Shown here piece after piece: positions 1-13,650 of a stretch of 64,000 bases of DNA. This DNA comes from Pocillopora damicornis. Its lineage: Eukaryota. The first letter of the stretch is position 1, and each line of letters opens with the position of its first letter. The translations under genes were made by a program, and so were the position numbers. The notes beneath the pieces are model-generated. The model was not told the origin of the DNA. It was given only the letters and a program-made list of their open reading frames with translations, and made no database searches. The stretch is taken from NCBI RefSeq assembly GCF_003704095.1, contig NW_020846678.1:1-64000 (forward strand). The letters run 5' to 3'.

Positions 1-400
1 ATCTCGCTATAATCAACTCGCGCGACGTGATTATGGCAGGAGCGCTAAATTTCAAATGGCTCCCTCGCATTTTGACAATGTTACACAGAAAATGTTAAAC
101 GCGATAGAGGAAAATCCCACCGTGAAGGGCATAAAAGACGCTACTAAGTTTGGGTAACACTTCTCAGAATATGTAGTTTTGCTGATTGAATTGAATACAC
201 CTGTTAATTCTGGTGGAAACTGGCTGCGTATCTCGATACGTGTAATCAAAACAACTGTAACAGAACGGTTTCAAAAACAAAACGAATTTACAAAAGAGTT
301 CGAAATCAACTGAGCAATTGTGCTAAGACAACTAATCGCCTCAGGGTCGGTGAATATTGTTGAATAATCCCCGAGTCTGAGGCGAATAATTTTTTAATAT
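1..400 (+). mobile_element. degenerate Crypton-like (tyrosine recombinase-associated) non-autonomous element remnant
   Basis: Broken reading frame from ATG 56 (MAPSHFDNVTQKMLNAIEENPTVKGIKDATKFG, then VTLL after a 1-nt shift) resembles recalled N-termini of cnidarian Crypton/DUF3504-type proteins. Terminal hairpin cgcctcag...ctgaggcg at about 337-385. Family assignment is from memory. Confidence 0.4.
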
Positions 401-886
401 GTCAAACGTTCTGCATACTGTTAGGATCAGTAAAATCGAAAACGTTCTCTGTGAAGATAGATTAAGTATTTAGGAATCCTTTCAATCTGACNNNNNNNNN
501 NNNNNNNNNNNNNNNNNNNNNNNNNNNNNNNNNNNNNNNNNNNNNNNNNNNNNNNNNNNNNNNNNNNNNNNNNNNNNNNNNNNNNNNNNNNNNNNNNNNN
601 NNNNNNNNNNNNNNNNNNNNNNNNNNAATAAGTAGGTATACTAGGAATGAAACAGCAGCACTGATCATACATAATAAAACAAAAATTGTCTTCAGAGTTC
701 AAAACTAACAAACTAACAGTCATAGAACAGACACAAACTTAAGGTACCTCNNNNNNNNNNNNNNNNNNNNNNNNNNNNNNNNNNNNNNNNNNNNNNNNNN
801 NNNNNNNNNNNNNNNNNNNNNNNNNNNNNNNNNNNNNNNNNNNNNNNNNNNNNNNNNNNNNNNNNNAGAAGTCAAGACATGCTCCA

Positions 887-964
887 GCCTCGATCCCAGG
901 ATCTCTCGTCTTCCCGTGCCCCTGAAGGCATGGGTGGAAGTAGAAAAACCCTGGGAACGAGGTT
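887..964. repeat. short palindromic MITE
   Basis: Inverted ends cctcgatcccagg ... cctgggaacgagg. Confidence 0.55.
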
Positions 965-1218
965 GGATATGCTCCCGTTCACCCTCAAGATCTAAATTTA
1001 AACTTTCCACACTGTCTGCTTTCATTTCTTATAATTTCAGCTGCGAGAATTTAGTCTTAGGTCAAAGAATATATCCTTGTGGATATCCTTTTCATTGCAT
1101 TTCTGGTCGGAAATCTATCAATATAGAGAAGAGAAATTCGTTTTTGGTCACCTGTGTAAGTGAAAGGATTAGGTAACAGACTAACAGTTTTTTCTGTTTT
1201 TTGTTCTACGTGATTTAC

Positions 1219-4200
1219 CTGTTGTTCTGAGCCATATTCAACAAGCTTGCCGTCGGTTTTATTCTGGATCAGACGATGAACAAAGTTGTCTGTGGATAAA
1301 TCAAAATATTGGAGTTATGAATAATTCTTCAAAATTGACCGCAGTAGAACAAAAGAGGAGGAAATGTCCCTGCAAATCCTTGTGTCCTACCTCCTGTGTA
1401 GTCCCAAACTCGCTGTGTTCCAAGCTCTAAGGAATATGTATGATGTGTTTCCTGGAAATGTCTGTAAATTCAGAAAAACGACGACGTATACTAAGCAGAA
1501 ATAGTTTAAATTTCTCTATTTGTTCCAATTCGACTTCGATCTCATACATTAACAGCATAAAATCACATTTCGATTTAATGTCCTAAATCCAAAACATAGT
1601 GAAAAGGAATTGCAATAGTGGGCCGATCAGATCAAGGGAAAAAAGATTACAAAACGACCTTAACTTAGTTACAAAAAATTGCTTGTTACTTTTAGCTTTG
1701 CTTCTGCATCCTTTAGAGAGTGGCGTAAGTTTTCTGGTCCAATCATATAGAAGTAAGGCAACACTGATGCAATCCTGGATTACTTTCATCAAAAAAAGGA
1801 AATTTTCCCAGATGAAATTTGCAATTCTCCTTACTGTCAACCAGAAAATTCTCATAAAATGAGCTCAGAGAAATCAGTATTGGATCAACTAATTATTCCC
1901 AATTTTATATTATTCTTTATTCTCATCAATTATTTGGTTGATATTGTAAGGAGAAATTCTGTCTTGCTCACTCATGGGAGTTAACAATCTGTTGCTAACC
2001 TTTTCGCGTGAGATCTAAGATATCTACCACAACCAATGTGACCGCAAATGAGACAAATCCACAGGCTCTAAACGGGTAAAAGGAAATACAACACTCTCAT
2101 TCACGTCTTTATCCGCAGTTCAAATATACGACTTCCATATATTCTTAACCGTTTATTCATCACTTCACGGGTTTATTTGGAACCAACATCATGACCAGCT
2201 CCCAGTTGGCTTGTTAGCTTAGTTGGTAGAGCGCTGCACCGGTATCGCAGAGGTCATGGGTTCAAATCCCGTACAGGCCTGAATTTTTTTCAGGCCTCAT
2301 TTTCACACTTTCATTCACGTCTTTATCCGCAGTTCAAATATATGACTTCCATATATTCTTAACCGTTTACAACTGAACAGGCAACATAAAACATTTCGTA
2401 CAGAGCGTAATTCGACTGCGACTCGTACAACCAAAACCAAAGTAATCAACACTGCCAATCCGGATAAGGTACACAACACAAGGAAGAATAACAAGCAAAC
2501 TGCCCGAGGCGCTGGTAAAGGGGAAAGATGATGTCGATACTGGTTTTAGTCATGCGTGTGATTGGTTAACAGGATGGCACGACCTTCCTAAACAAATAGC
2601 AGAGTAAAAGATAGTAAAACGACCTAATNNNNNNNNNNNNNNNNNNNNNNNNNNNNNNNNNNNNNNNNNNNNNNNNNNNNNNNNNNNNNNNNNNNNNNNN
2701 NNNNNNNNNNNNNNNNNNNNNNNNNNNNCTTTCGCCCGATCCACCATTAAAATAACTGTAGAATAAAGCGTACCTCACTTGAATCGCACTCAAAACACTT
2801 GTTATCATCGACGGGCTGAGGAGTCTGGGAATATCTGCATACTGGACAACTACGAGACAAAAATATGATAACTGTCTTTCACAACTTCAGGATCACACAA
2901 GACACATGATTCAACGAGATTACAGAGATTACCATGAATCTCAACAGTAAAAAATCCAACCACATTATTGCAGTCGATGACAGATTTTTTTGAACACATC
3001 TTTTCGAAATCAGTTTTCTGGTCATTTCTTCAAGTCGGTTCAGGCTGACTTTGTATCTTAATTTTTAAATTTATAAGAGTCTTAAGCACAGTGGCAACCA
3101 AACAGAAATCGCCTAGTCAGGGTCCAGTGAGTGCGGTTAACCCTGTAACCACCAGGAGTGACTAACATATAGTTTCTCCTCACAATAGTACTAATGAATG
3201 AAACACTACGGTTATGAGAATAAAGGAAATGATCGCCAACTGAAGCTCTTGATTGTTAAACAAATTCTCCATGTTAGTACCATAGGAAATATATGAAGAA
3301 AAGTATGGAGAATATGCATACTGATTCAGGAGTGTGAGGAGTTCACGAACCGAGCACCCCACCATCCGTTTAGCGAACCAGGGAATGTGCAAAGCGATCG
3401 ACGAAACAAGCAACAAAACCGACCACCCAACAAAACAGGCAACTTACCGACCACACGACGACGCACATACAGAACCGACCATTTGCCGAACCAAATAAAT
3501 TAATGTCAGTCCAACAAAACAAGCAGCGTACCAAACGTTCGACCAACTAACCAACGTATCGACCGCCCGACGAATCGAAAACGTCCCGACCGTGCGACGA
3601 ACCAAGCGACGTCCCCACCGCCCGGCGACTGTACGACGAGACACGTATCAAACTGACCGCTGAACGAATCCAGCAGCGTGATTGACGTCCGGAAAGACGA
3701 AAAGCGTAGTTACAGCGTGAAGCAGCCGAACGTCCAACGAGCAAGCGCTCCAACCAACCGACGAACAGAGCAACGTGCTGACTGTCAAACGAACCATCTA
3801 AATGATTGTAATTTTAAATTTTTCTTTCGCGCTATATTCCATTTTGAGAAGAGTACTATCAAAATGTATAAAACTCACGTCGTATCAGTCCATTTAGACA
3901 GGCAGCTTCCGTGAAATGAGTGATTACATAAAATTGTTAGAACTCCCTCGACAGATTCATCCTGAAAGGCAAAGGAAAGCTAGAGTGCAAAGTCATTTTA
4001 AAATTCAATAATTTACTTGAGTGTGGACATCTGGAATATATCAGAAGTAAATGAAGATACTGAATCCGAATATGTATCAAAAATCTTAAAATTATTTCAA
4101 AAAGCTGTTGCTGTCGTTGTGCAAAGCCTTTGAGTTTGATTGTAAGTATAAATTCATAATAAAAGCTGATATTTGCCCGAACATTTAAAACACTTCATCT

Positions 4201-7200
4201 TTTGATGCAGGCTTAAGTTTTTAACACTCTGTGAATCTTGGTTCTACTTCCCAGGAAGCGACTATCAGTTTTTGAATTTTCAGCTGGCAACCTCTATATT
4301 CTGTGACATCAAGTACTTCGGTATATTTAGTGACGCACAGAAACCGAAAGGAAATAACAGAGAAACTTTACAGCTGTATTTTGATGTTATGATACCAAAA
4401 GTCTTATTCTATTCGATAGAATCATCTCTCTTCTCCACAGGACAGCACATTCTGTTATTTAAAAACAGACAAGAGAAACCGAACTTTTTGAAAATACACT
4501 GGATGTCGTATGTTCCAAGAAATGTAAATAAAACTATTGTCTCACGCAAAAGTTAATTTAATAAAAGCTTTTGAAGCCGAAGCCAACGTTTTTTTTTATC
4601 TCGCTCACAAAAGTGGTAACTGAAAAATTCAATAACAAAGATATCAACTGCAGCGGGAAGGACCATCATATTGATTCCTTGAATTTGGAATTGATAAAAC
4701 ACCACGTAATAAAGCAATCTGCAGGTAAAGCTCCGCAAGATGTTTCACAAAGGAACACGTCCTTGATATAACTCTGGAAACATTGCTGAGTTATTACTTC
4801 CAATATGTTTGTTCACAACGTGAAAATTTCAATTTTCAGTAGGTTACTCGGCGATCGAACCAACTAAATAAAATGGAGCATGCTTGAGTTCGAAATAACA
4901 TAAAAATACGTATTGCTACTAATTCGTAAAACTATCACTTTTCGTCTACTTCTCAAAATGCAGGTTGATAGCACTTACAGTGCGTAAAAAATTGAAATCC
5001 TTACCATACGTTCTAAGCACACTGGGCATTTCGGCAGTTCAGTCAGTCCTTCACATGGCAGACTTCCTCCCTTTATACAGGAAGAGAAAAGAAAACATTT
5101 GTTTCAGTATGAATTATTAACGACTTCATGTCTCGAACCGTCTAATGATTACAGCGACGGCCGAAAAATGTTTGCAATTTTAAACAAATTGCTTTATAAA
5201 CTCAGTACATGCCTTCTCCTGCAGCTCTCTATATACAATCTCTACATACAAATTGATGCCTACAAACACATGAAAGGACAGAAGCAACTCACTGGGGATT
5301 AACTGAATTATGAAAAACTGAAAGTCTGTTCCAGCAATAAACGATTATGTTAAAGTATTAGGCGATTGGCCAATGCGGACAATTGATAATTTCCATGAAA
5401 ATCTCTCATTTTGTGAGTGCTACTCTTTGAAACGAACTAGTAGCGAAGCTGCTGAATAAATACTGCTTACTAACCGAGTTCGAGGTCCATACTGTTTATT
5501 ACGGACCGATTTTTTTACGCTCGGATTTGTGGCCCAAGCGCGAGCGTATAAAAACGAGGTTCCGTAACTTACAGCACGGACAGACGAAACGAAACGATTA
5601 GTAAGATATCTTATATTTCTCATGGTTCAAATTGAGGAGGCAGATTTCAATTCAAACAAAATTTTGAATTTAGCGGGTCGCACAGTGAAATACGGCACTT
5701 TAAATTTAATTGACATATGAGTTAAATTTCGTTGCAGTTTAAACATACTTCAATCTGGCCTGCAGAGCAGGCGTAATTTTGGCACGCGAGTGCTCAGTTA
5801 TTTTATAACGAAAATTGTGACTGCCATAATTTAAATGGCAGCGAAAGGCTGGGAAGAGAAATAAATTTTTACCGGGGGGGGGGGGGCGGTCGAGGATATC
5901 ACCCATGTGATATTCCCCAATTTTCAAACTTTACATCCACTACGATAAGTCTTCATTAAAAATTTAATTGAAGATGAGAGAACATTTTGTGGGTTGTAAC
6001 GGCGTAAGGGAAATATTTGTATGTTCATTACGTCGTACCAGAGAATACACAACACGAAATATATTTTGCAGCAAACAGTGAGCTGTTCGTAAACACTGTT
6101 TCATGCGCGTTGCAAAATATTTGAAGGATAATTAACACAACAGCCTCTATTTTGCGAGAAAACATGCTCGTATATTTGTCCTTGGACATTATCTGTTCCT
6201 TGAAGCTCACAGTTTTCCTCGAGCTTCGCTCTCGGAGAACTGTCCACATTTTGGAACAGATAGTGTCTGCAGACAAATATCCGTGCATATTTTTGCGCCA
6301 AATAGAGGCTATTTCTTATTTATTCATGAGGTTTTCACAGCAACTTACTTCTGATAATTTCTTGGTCTCCACTTTAGCAACATACACTAAATGACAAACC
6401 TAAAATGGTATTTGATTCATTAAAAAACGCATCAAATGATAGAACCAATAAATTATACATTCTAGTTATCAACTGTCCTACAAAAAATATCAAGTGAAAC
6501 CATCCAATATTTTTTCTCCCTCTTTTTTAGATAAATCAAATGATTCCTTTATTCTTGTAGCAGTACCCAATTAGTATCTCCTTAACCCAGAGCTAAGCAC
6601 CCTTAAGATGCCTTCCCACCTTCCTAAAAAATGGCAAATACTAACTAACCCCTTAAATTCCCTAGATCTGATTGTTAATTCTCCCCTATTGCTGCTGAAC
6701 AATTTCATTGTTAATTAGTCACGAGAATTTGGATTTAGATCAAGACAAAAACTTCTGCATGATAAGTTTGAGTATTCTCATTACCTGTTGGCCAGATAAT
6801 GTATATATTTATTTAGGGAGAAGTTCCATGTTAATCACTACTGGGAGTTTAAGATTAAAATTACTTAATACACAACCCTTCTAAAGCATTGTGATAACTC
6901 CTCTTTTTAGAGGATTGTTCACCTACCTCATCCTCTAAGAGATTGTAATGATGGCCATTGTATGTATTGTAGAAATCATCTGCAATTTCCTTTAAGGAAA
7001 AAAAGATTTTTGAAAACATTCTGTGATTTTTATCATACACAAAAAAAGGGAAATACAAAACTTATAATTATGTCTATTTTGTCATGCTCTCAAATTTTGT
7101 CATAGTTTTGATTAATTGGTAACAGGACTTCTTGTTGTCCAATTCTGTCTGTAATCATACTCATGATTAACAAATCAGACTCTTGCTTCACTGTGGTCCG

Positions 7201-10122
7201 ATTTTGTTCATCACTCATATGATTACAGACTGAGTAGGACTCCACTCCCTCCTATTACCATTATGTACGTTATTAGTGATCTCACCTGATTCCTGAATTT
7301 GACAAGAACCATGTAATGATTTGGGTTGCTATCTCTGATGATCTTGACACATTCAATAAACTCCCTAAAGAAATATTTTGTTTAGATGATCAAACAATCT
7401 GTGTGAAACAAATGAATTACACTGCTTATCAATAAAGGGCAAAATTACTGAGCGCTGATTGGTTGAGAGAGAGGGCATTTTTTCTTAATCGAGGGCATTT
7501 TTAGTAATCAAGAGAGGGCATGATTACCTGTTAATGATTGGCTAATCCGTTGCATAGCAACCGTTCGTTATCTTGAAATTTGTTAAAAATAGACTGCGCG
7601 CGTGATTTTCCTTCGTATAAATTTTGCCCTTTATTGATAAACAAGTAATCCCATGAGACCTCGTACTAGTAAGGATTAATTGCACTTGAGTTTTTAAAAT
7701 TTTCCAAATTGCCCTCGTCGCTTCGCGACTCGGGCAATTTTGGAAAATTTTGAAAACTCTCGTGCAATTAATCCTTAATAGTACTTGGCCTCATGTGATT
7801 ACATATACAAAACAATTTATCTGCTCATGATGGTCCAGTTGACACCCTCCTTCCATTCAGCTGCTTATTTCTAATGTGCTCTTTTCCCCCACCAGTTATT
7901 GAATGGATCACCAGCAGGTGTTCCATTTTATAACAGTTCCACCCTTAAAAGAGAAAATAGAACCCAGGACAGCAAATTGAACTGAGTGCATATGTCCAAA
8001 AACATGGTTTAGAGCCCAGAAACCGGGAAAAGTGTCCAAAACACTGGATCATGTTAGTAGAAGCCCCAAAGCCTACCCCATCGCCAACCCAGCTACACCT
8101 GGTAAGCCTAGCTCAAGCCAAAGTCTCAGGATGCATATTTTCCATACTGTTTTCCAAGTATTTTCTATGGTACTCAGTGTTCTCCCTTATTTTACACATG
8201 ACAGGTAAAATAAATTTTCAAACCGGTAATAAGAGGTAGTACAGGCGGAAAATGTTACCGGTTAATGCCTGAAAGGAGAAAACTGGGTACTAACATGGTG
8301 ATTTTTGTAAATCATCATGAGCTTGAATGGTTGGTAAATTCATTTCCTTTATTCTCCCAACCTCCAAGTTTGATTCAGCTGTGATAATGAGATGAGAAAT
8401 TAGATACTTGACACTGTTGCAGGTAGAAGGGTTAAAAGCGATTTCCATTGAACACACAGTCAGCAATAACCAACATGTCAGTTAATGATATGAAACATAA
8501 TTAACTCACTCTGAAGGAGCTACAAACTCCATAAGATCCTTGCATGTCCTCTTAGCAGGGACAGCTAACATGCAGACCATTTCACTCCGCTGGACTCCGT
8601 CACTTAACAAAGTCATGTCACTAGAAAGATCAATAGCATCCTTAGTTCTGTCAACAGTACATCAACTGTCATGGATTCTCAGATTTCACTGAGGGATAAT
8701 GGGGATTTATCTTGGGATTTACAGTGAGAGGTAGGAAACCATGTACACAGAAAAATTCAGTGGCAAATCATATGATTGCGTTCCCAGGAACACAGGGAAC
8801 AAATGTGATTTCAGAAATGTGAAAAAAAAATTATCTAGAAGGGGATATTGTCTGTTTGAACACTAAATTCTCAGGGGTCAAATAATAAGAAGAGTATAAA
8901 AATCAGTCTTGAGAATTGATATTTAGATCTAGGGAGTGGGAGGGTTAAAGAGAGAGAGTTCATTTGTTGTTATTTACTTGTTCTTGTAGATGTGAATAAT
9001 TCCCTGGATGATCTCTACCATTGGATTTCCACAGAAGAAAGCTATCTTTCCCTGTCCTACACTTTTCTCCTCTTTTTCGTCTCCATGAGCAGAATCCAAG
9101 TTTGTATCTTTGTCTTCAAAATAAAATGAAGCAAGCTAAAACTTTTTGATTTGAATGGTGATGCAAGTTACCATTAGTTACAAGTATTAAGTTTCTCTAG
9201 GTTCTCTAAATTTGCTTCAAGATTTAACCCTTTTGATTCCTAAGAAAGAGCAGCATTCTTAGATTATCACCCCAGAATAAAAAGATAACAAAACTCACAA
9301 GGTCTATTATACTTTAAAACACCAATAATAGAGCAGATCTGCCTAACTTTATATCAGAGTGAAAAAGTACAATGGTATGATCTACAGCCTTGAGCTTACC
9401 ACTACTCCTTGCATGAGTTTCAATGTGAATGTCATGAACATATCTTTCACCCCGATGAACTTTCATTTTTTCCTCAGAGATAGCATCAGTAGACATGGGC
9501 TCTTTTTCTTCTCCACTTGTGAGTTTGCCCTCTTCTGATGCTGAAATTTCTTTACAAGCCATAAATCCAGGGGCTAAAACACATTGAAAGTAATATCCTT
9601 GTTACAAATTTAACCCTTTTTTCCTTAAGAGTGACTAGCATCTAATTTCTCCTCACAATATTATCACTAAATCGCACATTTAGGCCATTAGGATGGAGGG
9701 GATGATCACGCACTAAAGAGGCTCTTTATTGTTAAACAAATTCTCCTTGTCAGCACCTCAACAAATGTATTGAGAACAATGTGCAGGATAAGCATACTGA
9801 TGTGATAGCGTAATAAAAAGAGTGAAATTTCTAATGATGAAAGTGTAAGTATATAGGTTCTTCTCTGCTTCATTTTTGGCTCAGATGAGTATACAAGGAG
9901 CAAAGGAAGACATTAACAATTCAAATGAAATGTATCAAAAGTAATATTGAAACAGTTCATGCCGGTTAATGTATTAGATAAACCTGTATTATTAAATACA
10001 AAATAGATATTGATCAAAATTATAGCGAACATACCCTGGTACTCACCACAGTAATCTAAACCTTGGGGCCCTGGCAAATTATCTGCAACCTCAAATCTGA
10101 GAACTACCAAGGAAATGGACAT
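1219..10122 (-). CDS. BRAP: BRCA1-associated protein (BRAP/IMP; BRAP2-RRM, RING, ZnF-UBP), partial; C-terminal coiled-coil exons not found (gaps or left of window)
   Basis: In-phase GT-AG exons: 10122-10047, 9573-9400, 9113-8978, 8620-8510, 7364-7286, 6989-6927, 6399-6349, 5070-5005, 3961-3879, 2849-2774, 2067-2000, 1461-1391, 1289-1219. Translation MSISLVVLRFE...AFFCGNPMVEIIQGIIHIYK...KIIRDSNPNHYMVLVKF...[31 protein letters not shown]...CPVCRY...LWICLICGHIGCGRY...RVWDYTGDNFVHRL matches vertebrate BRAP as recalled. Confidence 0.95.
2097..2369 (+). mobile_element. tRNA-derived SINE-like element with intact cloverleaf (2208-2280) between 59-bp direct repeats
   Basis: A-box TAGCTTAGTTGG, B-box GGTTCAAATCC, acceptor stem GGCTTGT/ACAGGCC, then a T-run. 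Direct repeats 2097-2155 and 2311-2369 differ at one base. Confidence 0.75.
3340..3800. repeat. degenerate A/C-rich short-period simple repeat (acga/ccga/ccaa)
   Basis: Recurrent cgaccaacc/cgaacc/cgacga words with strong strand bias. Confidence 0.6.
6141..6312. repeat. long imperfect palindrome with apical GAGC-TTC-GCTC hairpin
   Basis: agcctctattttgcg ... cgccaaatagaggct arms; apex at 6221-6231. Confidence 0.7.
7426..7802. mobile_element. non-autonomous element: inverted-repeat module plus a palindrome of about 160 bp with GTCGC-TTC-GCGAC apex
   Basis: ttatcaataaagggcaaaatt (about 7426) pairs with aattttgccctttattgataa (about 7620-7640). Palindrome 7645-7802. Confidence 0.7.
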
Positions 10123-10740
10123 TTATTCTTCCTTTCTGTCCAACACCTCAGTTATTTGAGGGAATATGTGCCACAAATCCGGCCAAAATGTGTAAGACTA
10201 CACGTTTGTTTTTACGAATTCATCGTGATAAAGAAAATACGAGCCTTCACTCCGTGACCAATAGCCAAAACAGCAACATCGTCGTGTAAGATTTACAAAT
10301 TGTCAAGTATGCGTGTGACTGCTGTCAAAGTTTCGTATGATAGTTGAGAAACAGGTGCATTTTCCAATTTAAATGAAATTGTCTCCGTGCCAGGTAGTGC
10401 ATGGTACGGAGATTCAAAGAGCTGGAGTTTGTCTTAACTGCAGTTAGGGCTAGGTTTTAACTTTATTGAATGGAACGTGATGTGTTGCAAGGTGTAAACT
10501 GCTGACCAATTTTTCGCGGGAAAATCAAGGTCAGGTGCAGAAAAAAAAAGAAAATACCAGAGACCGTTGCAGGCGCAATCGAATCATGTCGAAGTGTTTT
10601 TGTGCTTATCTTCGTTAAATTACTATTGCAATTCCTCGATTACACGGCAGCATCATACATTAGATCCGTGGTAAAAAGGTACTCGTTGTCTGCGTGGATC
10701 GTACAACTTGTCACTGATTATTAGGTATTGTTCAACAATC

Positions 10741-12397
10741 ATGGCGCTGTTGAAGACTGTCATTGCCATCTTCCTTATTGTCGCGGCATTCAACGCCACA
10801 TCATTCTTTACGCACTTTAAAAATTTTCTCTCTCCAATTCTCAAAATGCTTCGAACGCGGATTCCTTCGGTTGTCAATCTATTAGAAGAAACTGTGGCCA
10901 CAATTTACAAGTATTGCGCTGAGAGCTTGCTTAAGGACATCAAGAGAGCCATCGTTGTTTTAACCGAACTGGTTGGAAGGGTGGCTGAGTTATTCCATCC
11001 AGCTGTTAGAAGTTTGCTTGAAGTTGTAACTGATGGCTTGGTTGCCCTTCACAACAATGGAATGGGTTATACTGACGAATTCCTACAGCAAGTTCTTGGC
11101 ATTGACGGTAATTAATTTCCTAACTTAATGATGATATAATATAATTTCTCTATGCTTAAACAGGCTTACAGATGCTATATTGTAAATGAAACCCTGATCA
11201 CACATGCAACATTATAACATATCATGAAAAAAAGGGAAGGACTTTTTTTTTTCACTATAAGCTGTTACTTTTATCAACATATTCACACCACTACCGTAAC
11301 AAAAGTATGACAGGCTCAAGTCATTTAGTATTCAGCAAACAGGTCATGAGAATATTCAAACTTATCAGGTCCAAAGTTGCTATCTCGAATCAGACACCAA
11401 ATTCTTGTAACCTATTTGCAATTATGTGTAGCAGCTATGGGGAAAATTAGCAATCAGTTCTTGGGAGTTCAATGGTTAAAGAACCTCAAAAAAAGGGGAT
11501 ACAATGCTGCAGCACAGTGAGGGAGGTAAAAATTTATTTTATTGAAAAAGTTTTAATCATCTTCCTTCATGGGTAATTTGTGTCACTCCCAGTGGTGGCT
11601 TCATAGCTCAGATGATATGAGCACCCAACCAGTATTGGGAAGGCACAGGTTAGAATCCCACTGAAGCCTGAATTTTTCTTGGCTTCTCTCCTGTAATTGC
11701 TAAAATTGTAGTCCACATACAAGAACAATTTTGTTGCTTGTTTTTCATTTGCAGGCTGAATGAAATTTATTAATTTATTCCATTAAAAAGGTTATAGTGA
11801 ACTACTGGTATATATAACATAAGAGTCATGTTTCATCTTGCATGTAAGAAAATAATTATCATCAGCATCGCTACTCAAAAACACTTGACTGTGATACCTA
11901 ACTAGTTATTTGATCATGAGTGCTAATTTTTTTTAAAACTTATTATAGGTGCTACTTTACCAGATCAAGTTGGAAGAGCAAGAAACAAACTCTTATCGGT
12001 GATTTTGTTGCTCTTTTGGATCATCATGGGTATCATTTGCATTTCCAGAATGTCTTATAACAAATTTTTCCTTTTGATGTCTGGTACATTCCTTGTCCAT
12101 GCTTTTTTTGGGCCCGTGTGGTGTATACGACGGTTAGCATTTTGCATTGGAATTTGCTTATGGATGGGTTCTTTAGTCTCCAGTAAGCCAATACCAGCGG
12201 CGATCACTGTTTTGCTTGCTTTCACATTGACAGGCTTTAGAAAATGGCAGAAGAAAGTTGCTATGACGTCGAACACAAGTCATCTCTTGAAGTTTAACCA
12301 AAGTATTGAGAAAAGACTTGATGGAATAGAAAGAAAACTAGACCTTTTGATGACGAGGCTAAATGACATAAACAACAATATGCACTCCAGCTATTAA
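10741..12397 (+). CDS. BRI3BP/TMEM109-family membrane protein (2 exons)
   Basis: Exon 10741-11107 (G|gtaatt) joins in frame to exon 11949-12397 (tatag|GT). Has a hydrophobic N-terminus, a QQVLGIDG motif, about 3 TM segments and a C-terminal coiled coil SIEKRLDGIERKLDLLMTRLN, resembling BRI3BP (VLGLD...SVEEKLEHLEKQVRLLNIRLN). Confidence 0.7.
11585..11760 (+). mobile_element. degenerate second copy of the tRNA-derived SINE-like family
   Basis: ctcccagtggtggcttcatagctcag...ggttagaatccc...agcctgaattttt parallels the 2200-2290 element. Confidence 0.6.
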
Positions 12398-13650
12398 AGA
12401 AGTTGGGCTATGAATTTATTTTTTGCCAATGTTGATTGGGGGAGAAGTTACAAAAGTCAAACCTGCTAATCATTGCAATTACAGGATGGACATGTCTTCT
12501 TTCAAATAAAGATTAGATTATGATTATTCATAATCAACTATAATGTTTAGGAATCAAGGACTAGTGATAAATGTTCCTTATGATAAATATACTAGTTGTT
12601 CAAACATGACAACAAGAAAAGCATGTCATTGAATAAGGATACTAATGGATCATACCTCACGCTGTTCACTTTAGTCACCATTTGTTGATATTGCTTGATG
12701 CAGAATCGATTTTCCTTGATGTCTAACCCTTAAACACTTAAGAGTGATTGGCATCTAATTTCTCCTTATAATGTCACCCCTGAATCAAACATTAAGGTAA
12801 TAAGAATAAAGGAAATTGTTGGAAACTAAAGAAGCTCTTGATTGTTAGACAAATTCTCCTTGTAAATACCTCAGGACATGTAAAAGGAACAGTATGGAGA
12901 ACTTGTATACTGATGTTGTGGTTTGGAAAAGTTTTAGCCTTGCCAATNNNNNNNNNNNNNNNNNNNNNNNNNNNNNNNNNNNNNNNNNNNNNNNNNNNNN
13001 NNNNNNNNNNNNNNNNNNNNNNNNNNNNNNNNNNNNNNNNNNNNNNNNNNNNNNNNNNNNNNNNNNNNNNNNNNNNNNNNNNNNNNNNNNNNNNNNNNNN
13101 NNNNNNNNNNNNNNNNNNNNNNNNNNNNNNNNNNNNNNNNNNNNNNNNNNNNNNNNNNNNNNNNNNNNNNNNNNNNNNNNNNAAAAACCCCTTTTAGCTC
13201 AAGGTCTGGATCCACCACTGATTAATATATGAAATTTTTGCATGAGTGCATGGATATGATATAAAAACATATTTGTTAACAGCTGCCAGATTCTTGCACA
13301 TTTCAGCTGTCATTTTTTTCCAATATGTAGGTGTCTTAATGTATAGAAGGATACAAGTGACTGGGATGCTTTGAGATTTAAAATGGATTGATGTAGATCA
13401 AGGCTTTCAACTTACCTGAAAAAAAAAGGAAAACAAAATTAATAATAAATTATTATTGTAGTGGACCATTGAATTTTTGAATTTTATTACTGATGACAGC
13501 CTTGCACACTCCTTCTCCTCTGTTTAAAACATCTGTCCACCCCAACCCCATCCCTGTCATTACCCCCGCACCACTCCCCACCCGAACGGAAGGACTGTCG
13601 GATCTGCCGCCACGGAAGTGAGTTTATTTTCACTTTCTGTCGAGTCTGTT

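Noticed and set aside
720-1025. Minus ORF starting MKADSVESLNLDLE as the next BRAP exon
   Set aside because: Only weak resemblance to the expected EKIDALQLE, no convincing acceptor, and the ORF runs through a MITE into a gap.
2208-2280. Bona fide tRNA-Thr(GGT) gene
   Set aside because: Atypical anticodon and C33, sits in repeat flanks, and has a decayed sibling at ~11600; treated as SINE-like.
3444-3914. Arg-rich ORFs on both strands
   Set aside because: By-products of a low-complexity repeat in a BRAP intron.
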